A stretch of DNA of 64,000 nt. Source: Anaerolineales bacterium. GTDB lineage: Bacteria; Chloroflexota; Anaerolineae; 4572-78; J111. Below are positions 19,201 to 27,679 of the stretch, in pieces (the stretch's first letter is position 1; each line of letters begins with the position of its first letter). Where the stretch lies: positions 1 to 64,000 of the forward strand of contig JACKAT010000027.1 of the NCBI GenBank assembly GCA_020634935.1, read 5' to 3'. A program made the position numbers and the translations under genes. The notes beneath the pieces were generated by a model. It saw nothing but the letters and a program-made list of their open reading frames with translations, was not told the DNA's origin and did no database searches.

Positions 19201-19551
19201 CGTTACGCCGGCAATGGGTGTTGCTGCGCCACGTTCGGCCGGTGTGCTGCTGTTCTCATCATTAGTGCTGCGGGCCGGATGGTTCGGCCCGTTGGGCGAT
19301 GAGTCAGTCGGCAAGTGAAGGGTTGAGGTCGATGAATTCGGCGGGGCGTCACCCGCCGGGAAGGGTGTTGGCGTGAAGGTGGCCAGCGGCGTCACTACAA
19401 TAAAACGTTGAACCAATTCATCTTCCTGGCGTACGGAATTAACACCAATACCTCCGCTTGAGTTTGGCCCGAACGGATTTTGAAAACCAAGTCTACAGGC
19501 TAATGTCGTTAATAGGATTATAATTAAGCTAACCCAGCGTAATCGCGTCAT
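16216..19551 (-). CDS. Large secreted parallel beta-helix repeat protein with T/P-rich linker and extreme Gly-rich segment
   Basis: Signal peptide 'MTRLRWVSLIIILLTTLAC'. Motif 'CSLREAIQAANA' typical of beta-helix proteins. More than 30 repeats of the 'GGGI(Y/F)N...N' type. Poly-Gly/Ala segment over 16990-17300. 1111 aa. Confidence 0.6.
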   Translation of the reverse strand: MTRLRWVSLIIILLTTLACRLGFQNPFGPNSSGGIGVNSVRQEDELVQRFIVVTPLATFTPTPFPAGDAPPNSSTSTLHLPTDSSPNGPNHPARSTNDENSSTPAERGAATPIAGVTLVAPTVGATGVSTEQPTPISTLVPTVETPILPTAAITPEPSVLPTIEPTAIVTVIPAQPTSPPNDNNNNDNNNSEKETPPPPTAAPPTEQPTATSSPEPTPTPRVGPTATSPPPTPTPLTVNTLTDTDDGVCDLTHCSLREAIQAANAAPDESTINFSVTGTISLSSALPALITQIFINGPGPNLLNIQRASGGNYRIFAVQSSQQVNISGVTITNGVAVQGGGIFNSGSILILANCTISGNTAFTSSGTPRGGGIYNNGGNLTINACTITGNQATGTVLPGPGEGGGIFNAAGIVMLNSSTSVIANSSAAAGGGLFNAAGAILQLFDSSVTNNSDFGNGGGISNAGNLSLINSLITGNSAGDGAGGGIYNLSTGTATLANNSQVDSNTAYVTGGGIANDGTLTLTASTVRNNGSQGGSPGLGGAGITNNGSLTASSSTISGNIAQGGSGGGIANFGNLSLTGTTIDSNQALFSFSGGEGGGIYNASASTLQFSVNTITNNVANGPGGGIWNSGTIVLTGDTIANNLSSGANGSGAPTSPPLIGGLAGQYSSLGGGIYSQGQLSITGVVFNANKAQGGNGGANASFGSGGGGGGAGLGGAIYNDGGNVTIAASTLSANQAIGGNGNNGGPGSGGGGGGGGGAGGAGGNGASAGIVNGSNGSYGGGGGGGGSFGGRGGNGGFGGGGGGAASNSTSTLLPGGQGGFGAGNGGSHRVVQAGIGGGGGGGGAGLGGAIFNLAGTIQIAASTLSDNQATGGRGGGTPANGSSAGGDGGSGYGGAIFNSSGSGLTITNSTLSGNQATGGTGGQIYGGSSGALPGGNGAGLGGGIANINTGSSSLIFATLSNNTATTGGGLYSDIDGVLLLQNTIVANSPTGGNCGGSGGISSAGFNLDSDNTCVGSGVGDIAGFNPVLGPLQNNGGSTSTRALLADSPAINAIPIGSNGCGTTFTADQRGVVRPRAGACDIGAFEGDGVGGLNLSANSHKIYLPVLVQNN

Positions 19552-19930
19552 GAATGAGGGTTTTCCCTGAGACCATAGCTGTGGAATGTCGAAACCAGTT
19601 AGGAGTTACGCAAGTGGGTATAGAAAATTAGGTGACAACCACTTAAGTTTAAGCCAAATGGATGCGCGTTTTAATCGAGCCGTGAAGCAAAGCCGCCTTT
19701 TGCAGCGCGTAAATCCTATAAGTTAATGTGAGATCGAAATTAAACTGTCAGATTGAGATGGTTTTTGGCCGTGAGGTAAATAAGTTACCGGTAGTTAGGA
19801 TAAACGAATAAATCAACTTTGTCAAAGGTTAGGATGTTTTACTTTATAAGATCGGGCGGTTAAAATGGGCTTGCCTCCCATCCGGCCCGGTGCTATACTT
19901 TGATTTGAGGCTGCGGGGAATTAATTACCA

Positions 19931-20038
19931 GGACTTACGCAAATGCCCGATTTTGTAGCGTAAATGGCCAATTTGCGCCACGCGTCTGCCCAAAATAGGG
20001 AACAATTTAGCCAATTGTTCTACACTCTGCGTAAGTCC
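19931..20038. mobile_element. MITE-like element, family A, copy 3 (shares only the 12-bp TIRs; the interior is divergent)
   Basis: Termini 'ggacttacgcaa...ctgcgtaagtcc'. A partial family-A fragment is also present at about 19605-19640. Confidence 0.55.
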
Positions 20039-20081
20039 TGATTACGAACTTGTTTAACTCCGCTAACCTTCAAGACAGAAT

Positions 20082-21320
20082 ATGACAAATCTGTTAGGTG
20101 AAACAATAAGTGAATACCATTTAAAGGAAATGGTAGGCGAAGGCGGGATGGCCACGGTTTACAAGGCCTTTCAACCCAGCTTGAACCGCTGGGTTGCCGT
20201 TAAGGTGATGCACGAGCGCTATAGTGATCTCCTGCCTCGGTTTCAACGTGAAGCCAGAGCAGTGGCGCAGTTACGCCATCGAAATATTTTGGCCATCTAC
20301 GATTATGGTGAAGAAGCAGGTTACGCCTACATTGTTATGGAGTTTGTCGAACAGGGTACTCTCAAAGATCTCCTCACCGGCCAGCCGATGGATTGGGTTA
20401 AAGCCGTGGCCTTAGCCATTGCCATCGGCGATGCCCTGCAATACGCGCACCAGCATGGGGTTGTTCACCGTGATGTTAAGCCCTCCAACATTTTGCTGCC
20501 GTCCGTCGATTGGCCGCTGCTGGCTGATTTTGGCCTGGTCAAAATCAAGAGTTCGGAGGAGCAGTTAACCGACAGCGGTATGATCATTGGGACGCCGGAG
20601 TATATTTCGCCGGAACAAGCTTCCGGTGAGTCGGTTGATCATCGCGCCGACATTTATGCGCTGGGGGTGATTTTATTCGAGATGGTCACCGGCCGCCTCC
20701 CATTCGATTACAAAAACCTGAACCAAATTATGGTGGCCCACATTGCCGAACCGCCGCCCTCGCCCATCGAGTTGAATCCCGCCTGCCCGCCGCCCTTAGA
20801 CGCGGTTATCCTCAAAACTCTGGAAAAAGCGCCTGAGGACCGTTACCCGGATATGCGAGCTATGGTTGATGCGCTAAAAGGGGTGATTGGGTCTTCAACG
20901 CTGCCGAAAGGTAAAATTTTTGGCACGCAAGAGTTATCGCCTTATATTGCCGATTTACCGCTGCCTTACCTGGACCAGCCGGAGCCGATCGTCATTCAAA
21001 TGGCCAAAATTGTCCTTGCCGAACAAAATGTCATTATTGATGTGCCTTCGGACAAGCCCGAGGTTATCATCGGTAGAACGCACGGGGAGATCCGGGTTGA
21101 TATTGATTTGGGGCCGTATGGCGCGGCGTCGGCGGGTGTATCACGCAAACATGCCCGTTTATTACCCCAGGACAATGGCTGGCAGCTTGAGGACCTGGGC
21201 AGCCTTAATGGCACGTATGTCAATGAAATTAAGTTGAAACCGCAAAGCCCGTTGGCTCTAAAAAGCGGCGATGTTATTCGTTGCGGCCACTTACCCTTAA
21301 TTTTTAGAATCACGGTTTAA
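20082..21320 (+). CDS. Ser/Thr protein kinase with C-terminal FHA domain
   Basis: Kinase motifs 'HRDVKPSNILL' and 'DFGL'. The FHA signature is 'IGRTHGEIRVDIDL...VSRKHARL...GSLNGTYVN'. Confidence 0.85.
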   Translation: MTNLLGETISEYHLKEMVGEGGMATVYKAFQPSLNRWVAVKVMHERYSDLLPRFQREARAVAQLRHRNILAIYDYGEEAGYAYIVMEFVEQGTLKDLLTGQPMDWVKAVALAIAIGDALQYAHQHGVVHRDVKPSNILLPSVDWPLLADFGLVKIKSSEEQLTDSGMIIGTPEYISPEQASGESVDHRADIYALGVILFEMVTGRLPFDYKNLNQIMVAHIAEPPPSPIELNPACPPPLDAVILKTLEKAPEDRYPDMRAMVDALKGVIGSSTLPKGKIFGTQELSPYIADLPLPYLDQPEPIVIQMAKIVLAEQNVIIDVPSDKPEVIIGRTHGEIRVDIDLGPYGAASAGVSRKHARLLPQDNGWQLEDLGSLNGTYVNEIKLKPQSPLALKSGDVIRCGHLPLIFRITV

Positions 21321-21451
21321 TTACACATGGATTAATCAGCAAACAGGTGACTGGCACTTTTCTCCGCAATGGCATAGTTGAATGCTCCCGCCCCGTCTCA
21401 ATGGGAGTTACCTGAATACAGACGACCTATCAAATAGAAAAAAGGAATATC

Positions 21452-22006
21452 ATGACTTTCACTTGGGAAAAGTATTTGCAAGAAAAACTTATAGATGAGG
21501 AAACTCTGAGTATCCGTATTAAGGAGTTGGGCCGGCAGATTTCGCAAGATTATCGCCATCGAGATTTGCTGTTGATTTGTATTTTAAAGGGAGGGGTGAT
21601 GTTTCTGACCGACCTGATGCGCCAGATCACTATCCCCCATGAAATTGATTTTTTGGCGGTGTCCAGTTACGGCAAAGGGGTTAGACGCTCGACCGGTGTC
21701 GTCCGTATCGTAAAGGATTTGGATCAGCCGATCGCTGGCCGTGATGTTTTGATTGTCGAGGATATTGTCGACAGTGGACATACCTTACAATATATTACTC
21801 GCAACCTGGCAACCCGAGGGCCGGCCAGCTTAAAAATTTGCACCCTATTAGATAAAGCCGACCGCCGAGAAGTAGATATTGAGGTTGACTATGTTGGCTT
21901 TAACATTCCCGACAAGTTTGTTTTCGGCTTTGGCCTGGATGTTGATCAAAAATTTAGAGAATTACCGTTTATCGGGGTCGTTAAACCCGATGTTGTGATT
22001 GATTAA
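21452..22006 (+). CDS. hpt: Hypoxanthine phosphoribosyltransferase
   Basis: PRPP-binding motif 'VLIVEDIVDSGHTL'. Length 184 aa. Strong RBS 'aaaaaggaa'. Confidence 0.9.
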   Translation: MTFTWEKYLQEKLIDEETLSIRIKELGRQISQDYRHRDLLLICILKGGVMFLTDLMRQITIPHEIDFLAVSSYGKGVRRSTGVVRIVKDLDQPIAGRDVLIVEDIVDSGHTLQYITRNLATRGPASLKICTLLDKADRREVDIEVDYVGFNIPDKFVFGFGLDVDQKFRELPFIGVVKPDVVID

Positions 22007-22183
22007 GCGCCCCTGGTTAATTATTAATGTAATTGTCATTTGATCTCCATATAAACCAATTTAATCCTAAGATATAATTACCTCACCAACACATTTTGTA
22101 ACTTTCAGATAACAAGCACCTTAGCTCCGATAAAGTGCCTGTTATGTGATCTATTGAACTCAATTAACCCCAGAAACTCTTTT

Positions 22184-23638
22184 ATGCCGACCTACAAAGA
22201 TTATTATGCTATCTTAGGCATTACTCAAACAGCTACTGATAAGGATATTCGGCAGCATTATCGACAGTTGGTCCGCACCTATCATCCTGATGTTAATCCT
22301 GATTCTAACGCGGCTGAGAAATTTACGGAAATTCAAGAGGCTTACGAAACATTAAGTGATCCCCTTAGACGGCGTGAGTACGAGCATTGGCGATCGCATC
22401 AAGGGCTTGACCGCTCATCGGCGCTTAGCCTCCAAGTGATTACCAGCGAAAAATCCCTTCGCCCGCTCGATACGGAACAAGCCTTTTATGTGGTATTGAA
22501 TATCATGCCGACCGCCGATCTGCCCGCCGCTCGACTGCCCATCAATCTGGCTCTAGTGATCGATCGCAGCACCTCGATGCAAGGAAGACGCTTGCAGCAA
22601 GTCAAAGAAGCCATCCGCCACGTCATCGACGCCCTCCAATCGGAAGATTCACTGAGCTTGGTGACCTTTAGTGACCGCGCTCAGGTGTTACTACCCAGTC
22701 GGCGCAATATCGACAAAGCCATGGCCAAATCGATTGTTAGTACGATCCAGCCCAACGGTGGCACCGAAATGTTGACCGGATTAACCGCCGGTTTTGAAGA
22801 AATTAAACGGTATTGGAGCAAAACATCGATCAACCATGTCATCCTTTTAACCGACGGCCGCACGTATGGTGATGAAAGAGGCTGTTTAGAACGTGCACGC
22901 TGGGCCGGAGCTAACCAAATTACGCTAAGCGCTATTGGCATTGGCACGGATTGGAATGAAGATCTGCTCGATGAAATGGCGGCTGTTTCCGGCGGTACGT
23001 CGATTTATATCGACTCGCCGGATAAGATTCAAAATATTTTTGACCAAACCTTACGCAGCTTAGAGTCGGTGGTCGCTCGCCGGTTGAAAATGACGGTTAA
23101 TCCCAGCCCATACGTTCAACTGCATGAGGTCTATCAAATTAAACCTCAAATCAGCCGCTTTGATATTCATACCGCTACAGTAATGTTGGGTGCGTTGAGT
23201 ACTCATCAAGAGAAAAGTGTCTTGCTGGAATTTCGCATTCAGAAGTTGACCTTGGGCCAGCATCGGCTGCTGCGCCTGACCGTTGAAGGCGATATGCCCG
23301 GTCAATCTAACCATCGTCCCTGGGATTGGGTAGAATTGGTGGTTCATCTGCACGATACGGCTGAGGTGGCCGGTATTCCTTCCGCGGTGACTGACGTCTT
23401 AAAAAGTGTGGCCATCTATAAAATGCAGGAAAAAGTCCATTCTGACCTGACGGCCGGTCAGGTTAAAAGAGCCACCCAGCGCCTGGAAATTATCGCCACC
23501 CGGCTGCTCGACCTGGGTGAAGTTGAACTTTCGCGAGCGGCTTTACTGGAAGCCGGTCAACTGGCCCGTACTCAAACCCTCTCGGAAGAAGGTCGCAAAA
23601 AAATACGATACGGCACTCGGGCCTTGTCGTCGAGCTAG
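22184..23638 (+). CDS. DnaJ (J-domain) / von Willebrand factor A domain fusion protein
   Basis: J-domain 'KDYYAILGITQTATDKDIRQHYRQLVRTYHPDVNP'. The vWA region carries a MIDAS-like 'LALVIDRSTSM'. The track start at 22154 is a TTG; the ATG at 22184 gives a canonical J-domain N-terminus. Confidence 0.75.
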   Translation: MPTYKDYYAILGITQTATDKDIRQHYRQLVRTYHPDVNPDSNAAEKFTEIQEAYETLSDPLRRREYEHWRSHQGLDRSSALSLQVITSEKSLRPLDTEQAFYVVLNIMPTADLPAARLPINLALVIDRSTSMQGRRLQQVKEAIRHVIDALQSEDSLSLVTFSDRAQVLLPSRRNIDKAMAKSIVSTIQPNGGTEMLTGLTAGFEEIKRYWSKTSINHVILLTDGRTYGDERGCLERARWAGANQITLSAIGIGTDWNEDLLDEMAAVSGGTSIYIDSPDKIQNIFDQTLRSLESVVARRLKMTVNPSPYVQLHEVYQIKPQISRFDIHTATVMLGALSTHQEKSVLLEFRIQKLTLGQHRLLRLTVEGDMPGQSNHRPWDWVELVVHLHDTAEVAGIPSAVTDVLKSVAIYKMQEKVHSDLTAGQVKRATQRLEIIATRLLDLGEVELSRAALLEAGQLARTQTLSEEGRKKIRYGTRALSSS

Positions 23639-23703
23639 ATGCGGGTGATATTGGCCAAGTGGGCCATTTCGAGGTGTTTTTGGCCCAGACCGCCGTTTGA
23701 CGT

Positions 23704-23867
23704 CAAGTCTCTAAGAAACTGTTTTAAAAGTGGGTGTTTACAGACTTGTTCACAGTTTTACACCGATATTCACAGATTTTTATCTAACTTTTGATCATAT
23801 CTGTGACCATCTGTGGCTATCTGTGGACCCCTAGAGGCTTTTAAAACAGTCTCTAAGAAGTTATTTC
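23704..23867 (-). mobile_element. MITE-like element, family B, copy 2 (inverted orientation, intact 22-bp TIRs)
   Basis: 'tctctaagaaactgttttaaaag ... cttttaaaacagtctctaagaag'. The interior 'cacagatttttatctaacttttgat' is the reverse complement of the family-B core. Confidence 0.75.
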
Positions 23868-23996
23868 TCCTCATAGGTTCGTCGAAATGATATCAAGGTT
23901 GAGATGGCAACACCTACCATCTGGATCGACCTCACTAAAAAAGGCGAATGGATTTTTACCATTCGCCTTTTTTAATCCGCTTCTATCGGACGCTGT

Positions 23997-25964
23997 TTAT
24001 TTGTTCCGTACTCGACTTTTTATCATGTTGTCCTTAACTACCTCGGTTAAACCGATGACCTGACCTTCTTGGGCTAATTTTTGCCAGCGCGGGTTGCGAA
24101 TAGGCGGGCATTCCCAAGCAGCCGGCGGGGTATTGGCCCGCAGCCCTTTGAATGCAGTCAAGATACCACAGTGATAACAGTGCTCGCGGCAGTCCACTTT
24201 GGTTTCCCCTTTTTCGGCGGCATACCAGTCCAGCAGCAGCCAGCGTTTTTCGACCCCCGCGTTGATGTGATCCCACGGAAAAATCTCATCAGCCGGCCGG
24301 TTGCGGTGGGCATACCAGGCCGGATCGAGCCCGTGCTCGGCAAAGGCCTCGAGCCAGGCCGCCGGGCGATGCCATTCCTTCCAGGCATCGAATTTGGCCC
24401 CTTTCTCCCAAGCCGATTGAATAACCGGCCCCAAGCGTCGATCCCCACGGGATAGGAAGGCTTCCATCAAGGTCTCTTCCGGTTCGTTCCAATTGAAGAT
24501 GATGCCGCCGGTTCGGCCAAATTCTTGGCGCATTAGGGCCTGTTTGCGGCGGATGTCGTCCAAATTGGCCAGTTCAGCCCATTGAAACGGCGTGTGCGGT
24601 TTCGGGACAAAGGTGCTGACCCCCACCCGTACTTTGGCCCGGTTGCCGTGATACTTCCGGCCGATCTCCAGTACTCGCTTAGCCAGCTTAGCAATGGCGA
24701 TGACATCCTCATCGGTTTCCGTCGGCTGGCCGATCATAAAGTAGAGTTTGATCAAGCGCCAGCCCCGGCTGAAAACGTCGTCGGCGGTCTGCAACAGGTC
24801 TTCGGTGCTGATGTATTTGTTGATGACCTGGCGCATCCGGTCGGTGGCCGCTTCTGGGGCAAAGGTAAAGCTGGCCTTGCGCGTACCTTCCAGCATCTCT
24901 AACAGATCGGCTGAAAACGACTCAATACGCAGGCTGGGCAGCGAGATACTGAGCGCTTGATCGCCATATTTTTCGGAAATAGCTTTAACCAGCGGTCCGA
25001 TCTGGGTGTAGTCGCTGCTACTGAGCGACAGCAGCCCGATCTCTTCGTGGCCGGTATGAGTGACGATGTTATCGACCGTATCGATCAACTCGACCACCGA
25101 CCGCTCCCGCACCGGCCGAAAAACCATGCCGGCCTGGCAGAAGCGACAGCCCCGAGTACAACCACGCTGAATCTCAATCGAGGCCCGGTTAAAGACAACA
25201 TCAACAAACGGCACAATGAAGCGCGTAACCGGCGGCGGCATCAGCGGGGTGATGCGCTTGACGAGGTGGCTTTCGGTCACCTCCTCCAGCGGTTCGACAT
25301 TAGAAATGGTACCGTCCGACTCATAGTAGGTGAAGCTGTAAAATCGCGGTACGTACACGCCGGGAATTTTAGCCAGCCGGCGCAACTGCGTGTCGCGATC
25401 GGCCTGCTCGACTTCACGCATGGCCAGCATGATTTCGACAATGACATCTTCGCCCTCGCCCATCACAAAGAAATCGAAAAAGTCGGCCATCGGTTCGGGG
25501 TTGAAGACCGCGTTCCCGCCCGCGCAAACCAGCGGATAAGTCGCATCGCGGTCGCGGCTGCGCAGCGGCATCTGAGCCAGATCAAGCATGGTCAGCACGT
25601 TGGTATAAAGTTGCTCGTAGGGCAAACTAACACCGATCAGATCAAAATCGCGCAGTTCGCGACGGCTCTCTAACGCGTACAGGGGCATTTGGATCGCCCG
25701 CATCTGGGCGGCCATATCCGGCCAGGGGATATAGGCTCGTTCGGCCAGACTGTCGGCCCGTTTGTTGAGCAAATCGTATAGAATGGCCAGTCCCAAGTTG
25801 CTCATGCCCAAATCGTATACATCGGGAAAGACCAGCGCGACTTTGGTCAGGATATGGGGATCGGCCCAATCTTTGGCGACGCTGTTATATTCTCCGCCGA
25901 TGTAGCGGGCCGGTTTTTGGACCTTGGCTAAGATCCGGTCAAGCTGCCGGTCATTGATTCGCAT
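23997..25964 (-). CDS. B12-binding-domain radical SAM protein (large class-B type)
   Basis: Radical SAM motif 'CTRGCRFCQAG'. The N-terminal B12-binding-like region is 'KVALVFPDVYDLGMSNLGLAILY'. The likely start is the ATG at 25964 ('MRINDRQL') with RBS 'ggaga'. Confidence 0.8.
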   Translation of the reverse strand: MRINDRQLDRILAKVQKPARYIGGEYNSVAKDWADPHILTKVALVFPDVYDLGMSNLGLAILYDLLNKRADSLAERAYIPWPDMAAQMRAIQMPLYALESRRELRDFDLIGVSLPYEQLYTNVLTMLDLAQMPLRSRDRDATYPLVCAGGNAVFNPEPMADFFDFFVMGEGEDVIVEIMLAMREVEQADRDTQLRRLAKIPGVYVPRFYSFTYYESDGTISNVEPLEEVTESHLVKRITPLMPPPVTRFIVPFVDVVFNRASIEIQRGCTRGCRFCQAGMVFRPVRERSVVELIDTVDNIVTHTGHEEIGLLSLSSSDYTQIGPLVKAISEKYGDQALSISLPSLRIESFSADLLEMLEGTRKASFTFAPEAATDRMRQVINKYISTEDLLQTADDVFSRGWRLIKLYFMIGQPTETDEDVIAIAKLAKRVLEIGRKYHGNRAKVRVGVSTFVPKPHTPFQWAELANLDDIRRKQALMRQEFGRTGGIIFNWNEPEETLMEAFLSRGDRRLGPVIQSAWEKGAKFDAWKEWHRPAAWLEAFAEHGLDPAWYAHRNRPADEIFPWDHINAGVEKRWLLLDWYAAEKGETKVDCREHCYHCGILTAFKGLRANTPPAAWECPPIRNPRWQKLAQEGQVIGLTEVVKDNMIKSRVRNK

Positions 25965-26056
25965 AGATAATCTCCTGGGCGCTGCTCCAATTAAGTTCTG
26001 GTCAGGGTAATGATGGGTAGTATCATAGCACAAAAGAGAGGGCGACTCAAACTCAA

Positions 26057-26803
26057 TTGGCTATGTTGCTAATGAGATTGACAACTCTGGGGGCAAGCAT
26101 TATAGTTCCGGGTGACGCCGAGCCTGATGGCATTAGCGGGCTTGGCTCGATCAAGAAATTAAGGAATATCCTGAGGACGATGACTTTACACTCAAAAATC
26201 AATGATCTTATTCGCCACGGGTTAAGCCTGATGGTGATCAGTTTAGTTATGGTTGGCTGCCAATCGTTGATGGGCGGCTATGAATTTAAGGGCAGCCAGT
26301 TGGACCCGCCGCTGCCGGTGCCTGAGTTTGAATTAATGAGCACCACCGGCGAACCATTTCATCTTAGCGATGCCGCCGGCCGCCTGACGCTGGTCTATTT
26401 CGGCTATACCTTCTGCCCTGATGTCTGCCCTTTGACAATGGCCGATGTTAAGCAGGCTCTGGCCCAAATGGATAACCCGGATCAGGTCAACGTGGTTTTT
26501 ATTTCCGTCGATCCGGAGCGGGATACACCGGAAGTGCTGGCCCGCTATCTTCACGCCTTTAGCCCTGATTTCATTGGCCTAACGGATGATTTTGAAAAAA
26601 CCCAAGACGTTATGGTCGCGTTCGGCGCGTTTGCCGAGAAAGAGGATGCTGCGGACTCTGCCGCGGGTTATCTGGTCAGCCACACCTCCCGGCTGTACCT
26701 GCTCGATCCGCAGGGCGAGATTATCTTGACCTATTCTTTTGGCTTTGAGCCGGATGATCTGCGAGCGGATTTGGAGTATTTGCTTGAGCAGGGGGAGGGG
26801 TGA
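26057..26803 (+). CDS. SCO1/SenC family copper chaperone (thioredoxin-like); true start probably 26180
   Basis: 'CPDVCP' motif. Lipoprotein-like leader 'LMVISLVMVGC'. The ATG at 26180 is preceded by 'gagga'. Confidence 0.75.
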   Translation: MAMLLMRLTTLGASIIVPGDAEPDGISGLGSIKKLRNILRTMTLHSKINDLIRHGLSLMVISLVMVGCQSLMGGYEFKGSQLDPPLPVPEFELMSTTGEPFHLSDAAGRLTLVYFGYTFCPDVCPLTMADVKQALAQMDNPDQVNVVFISVDPERDTPEVLARYLHAFSPDFIGLTDDFEKTQDVMVAFGAFAEKEDAADSAAGYLVSHTSRLYLLDPQGEIILTYSFGFEPDDLRADLEYLLEQGEG

Positions 26804-27337
26804 GAGATTAGGGGGTGATCGCTTCTCGTAAAAACAATGGGGTCAAAAATATCAAAGTAACTCACGGCAACCTGAGGAGAGGAAGCCAGATTAAAGGGGA
26901 ATTTTGCCGTCTACTGATAATCAATTATCCAGACGCATCGCCGGGTGGGTGGATATGGCTATTGTTTTCAAGCCTTGCGTCGGTTAGAATGGCCTAATAC
27001 CGAATATTTTTCACATCATAGAACCTTAACAATCTTAATTCCGAGCCAGAATTTTCCTGATAGTGCTTGATACTATATGATATGGAGCCGTTATCCCAGA
27101 TAAAGACGGTTTCATGCGAGACGATGCATTGTCCCAATCCAATTATACCCTATGCAACTTGACATATTATATCCTGTCATGGTACAATTAGAACATTCGT
27201 TCTGTTTAGATCAAATCGTCTGGCCATCTTTGAAGATGCGGCTCGGTATTACTTTCTCCGGCTGGCCTGGTAACCACAGTCCTCAATACTCTCAACCCCA
27301 CTTATATTTTTGATAACTTATTTATAGTGAGAAGCCA

Positions 27338-27670
27338 ATGAATTTCCCCCTCGACACGAACAATGACCAGGCCACGAGCTTATCCCCTCTCGACCACGAA
27401 GAACGTATTGTGGTATTACAACCGGTGACAATTCAAATATTTGATGGTCAAAACATCTACTCACCCAGTAAACTAAGGCCCATAAAAGAACTGCCTTATT
27501 CTGAGTTTCTTGAAAAATATGCTGACCAACCCAATCTGGTCAGAGTTTGCTTTGAGAAAACCAGTTGCTCTGACACGCTCTTTCAAAATTCAGAGGTTGT
27601 TACCGCTTATGGGGTTGGTACAGATTGTTGGTATATCGATATTACGGCTCTAAATCATAACAATGATTGA
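27338..27670 (+). CDS. Small conserved hypothetical protein (cassette 1), paralog of 31661..31981
   Basis: The shared block is 'Y.EFL..YAD.P...RVCF......S.TL...SEV.TAYGVG.DCWY' at about 50 percent identity with its paralog. It converges on the S24 gene with a 9-bp gap. Confidence 0.55.
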   Translation: MNFPLDTNNDQATSLSPLDHEERIVVLQPVTIQIFDGQNIYSPSKLRPIKELPYSEFLEKYADQPNLVRVCFEKTSCSDTLFQNSEVVTAYGVGTDCWYIDITALNHNND

Positions 27671-27679
27671 AGCTGCCTG

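Noticed and set aside
26815-26997. 60-aa ORF in the SCO1 / cassette spacer
   Set aside because: No RBS and no similarity to anything recognisable. Likely non-coding promoter region.
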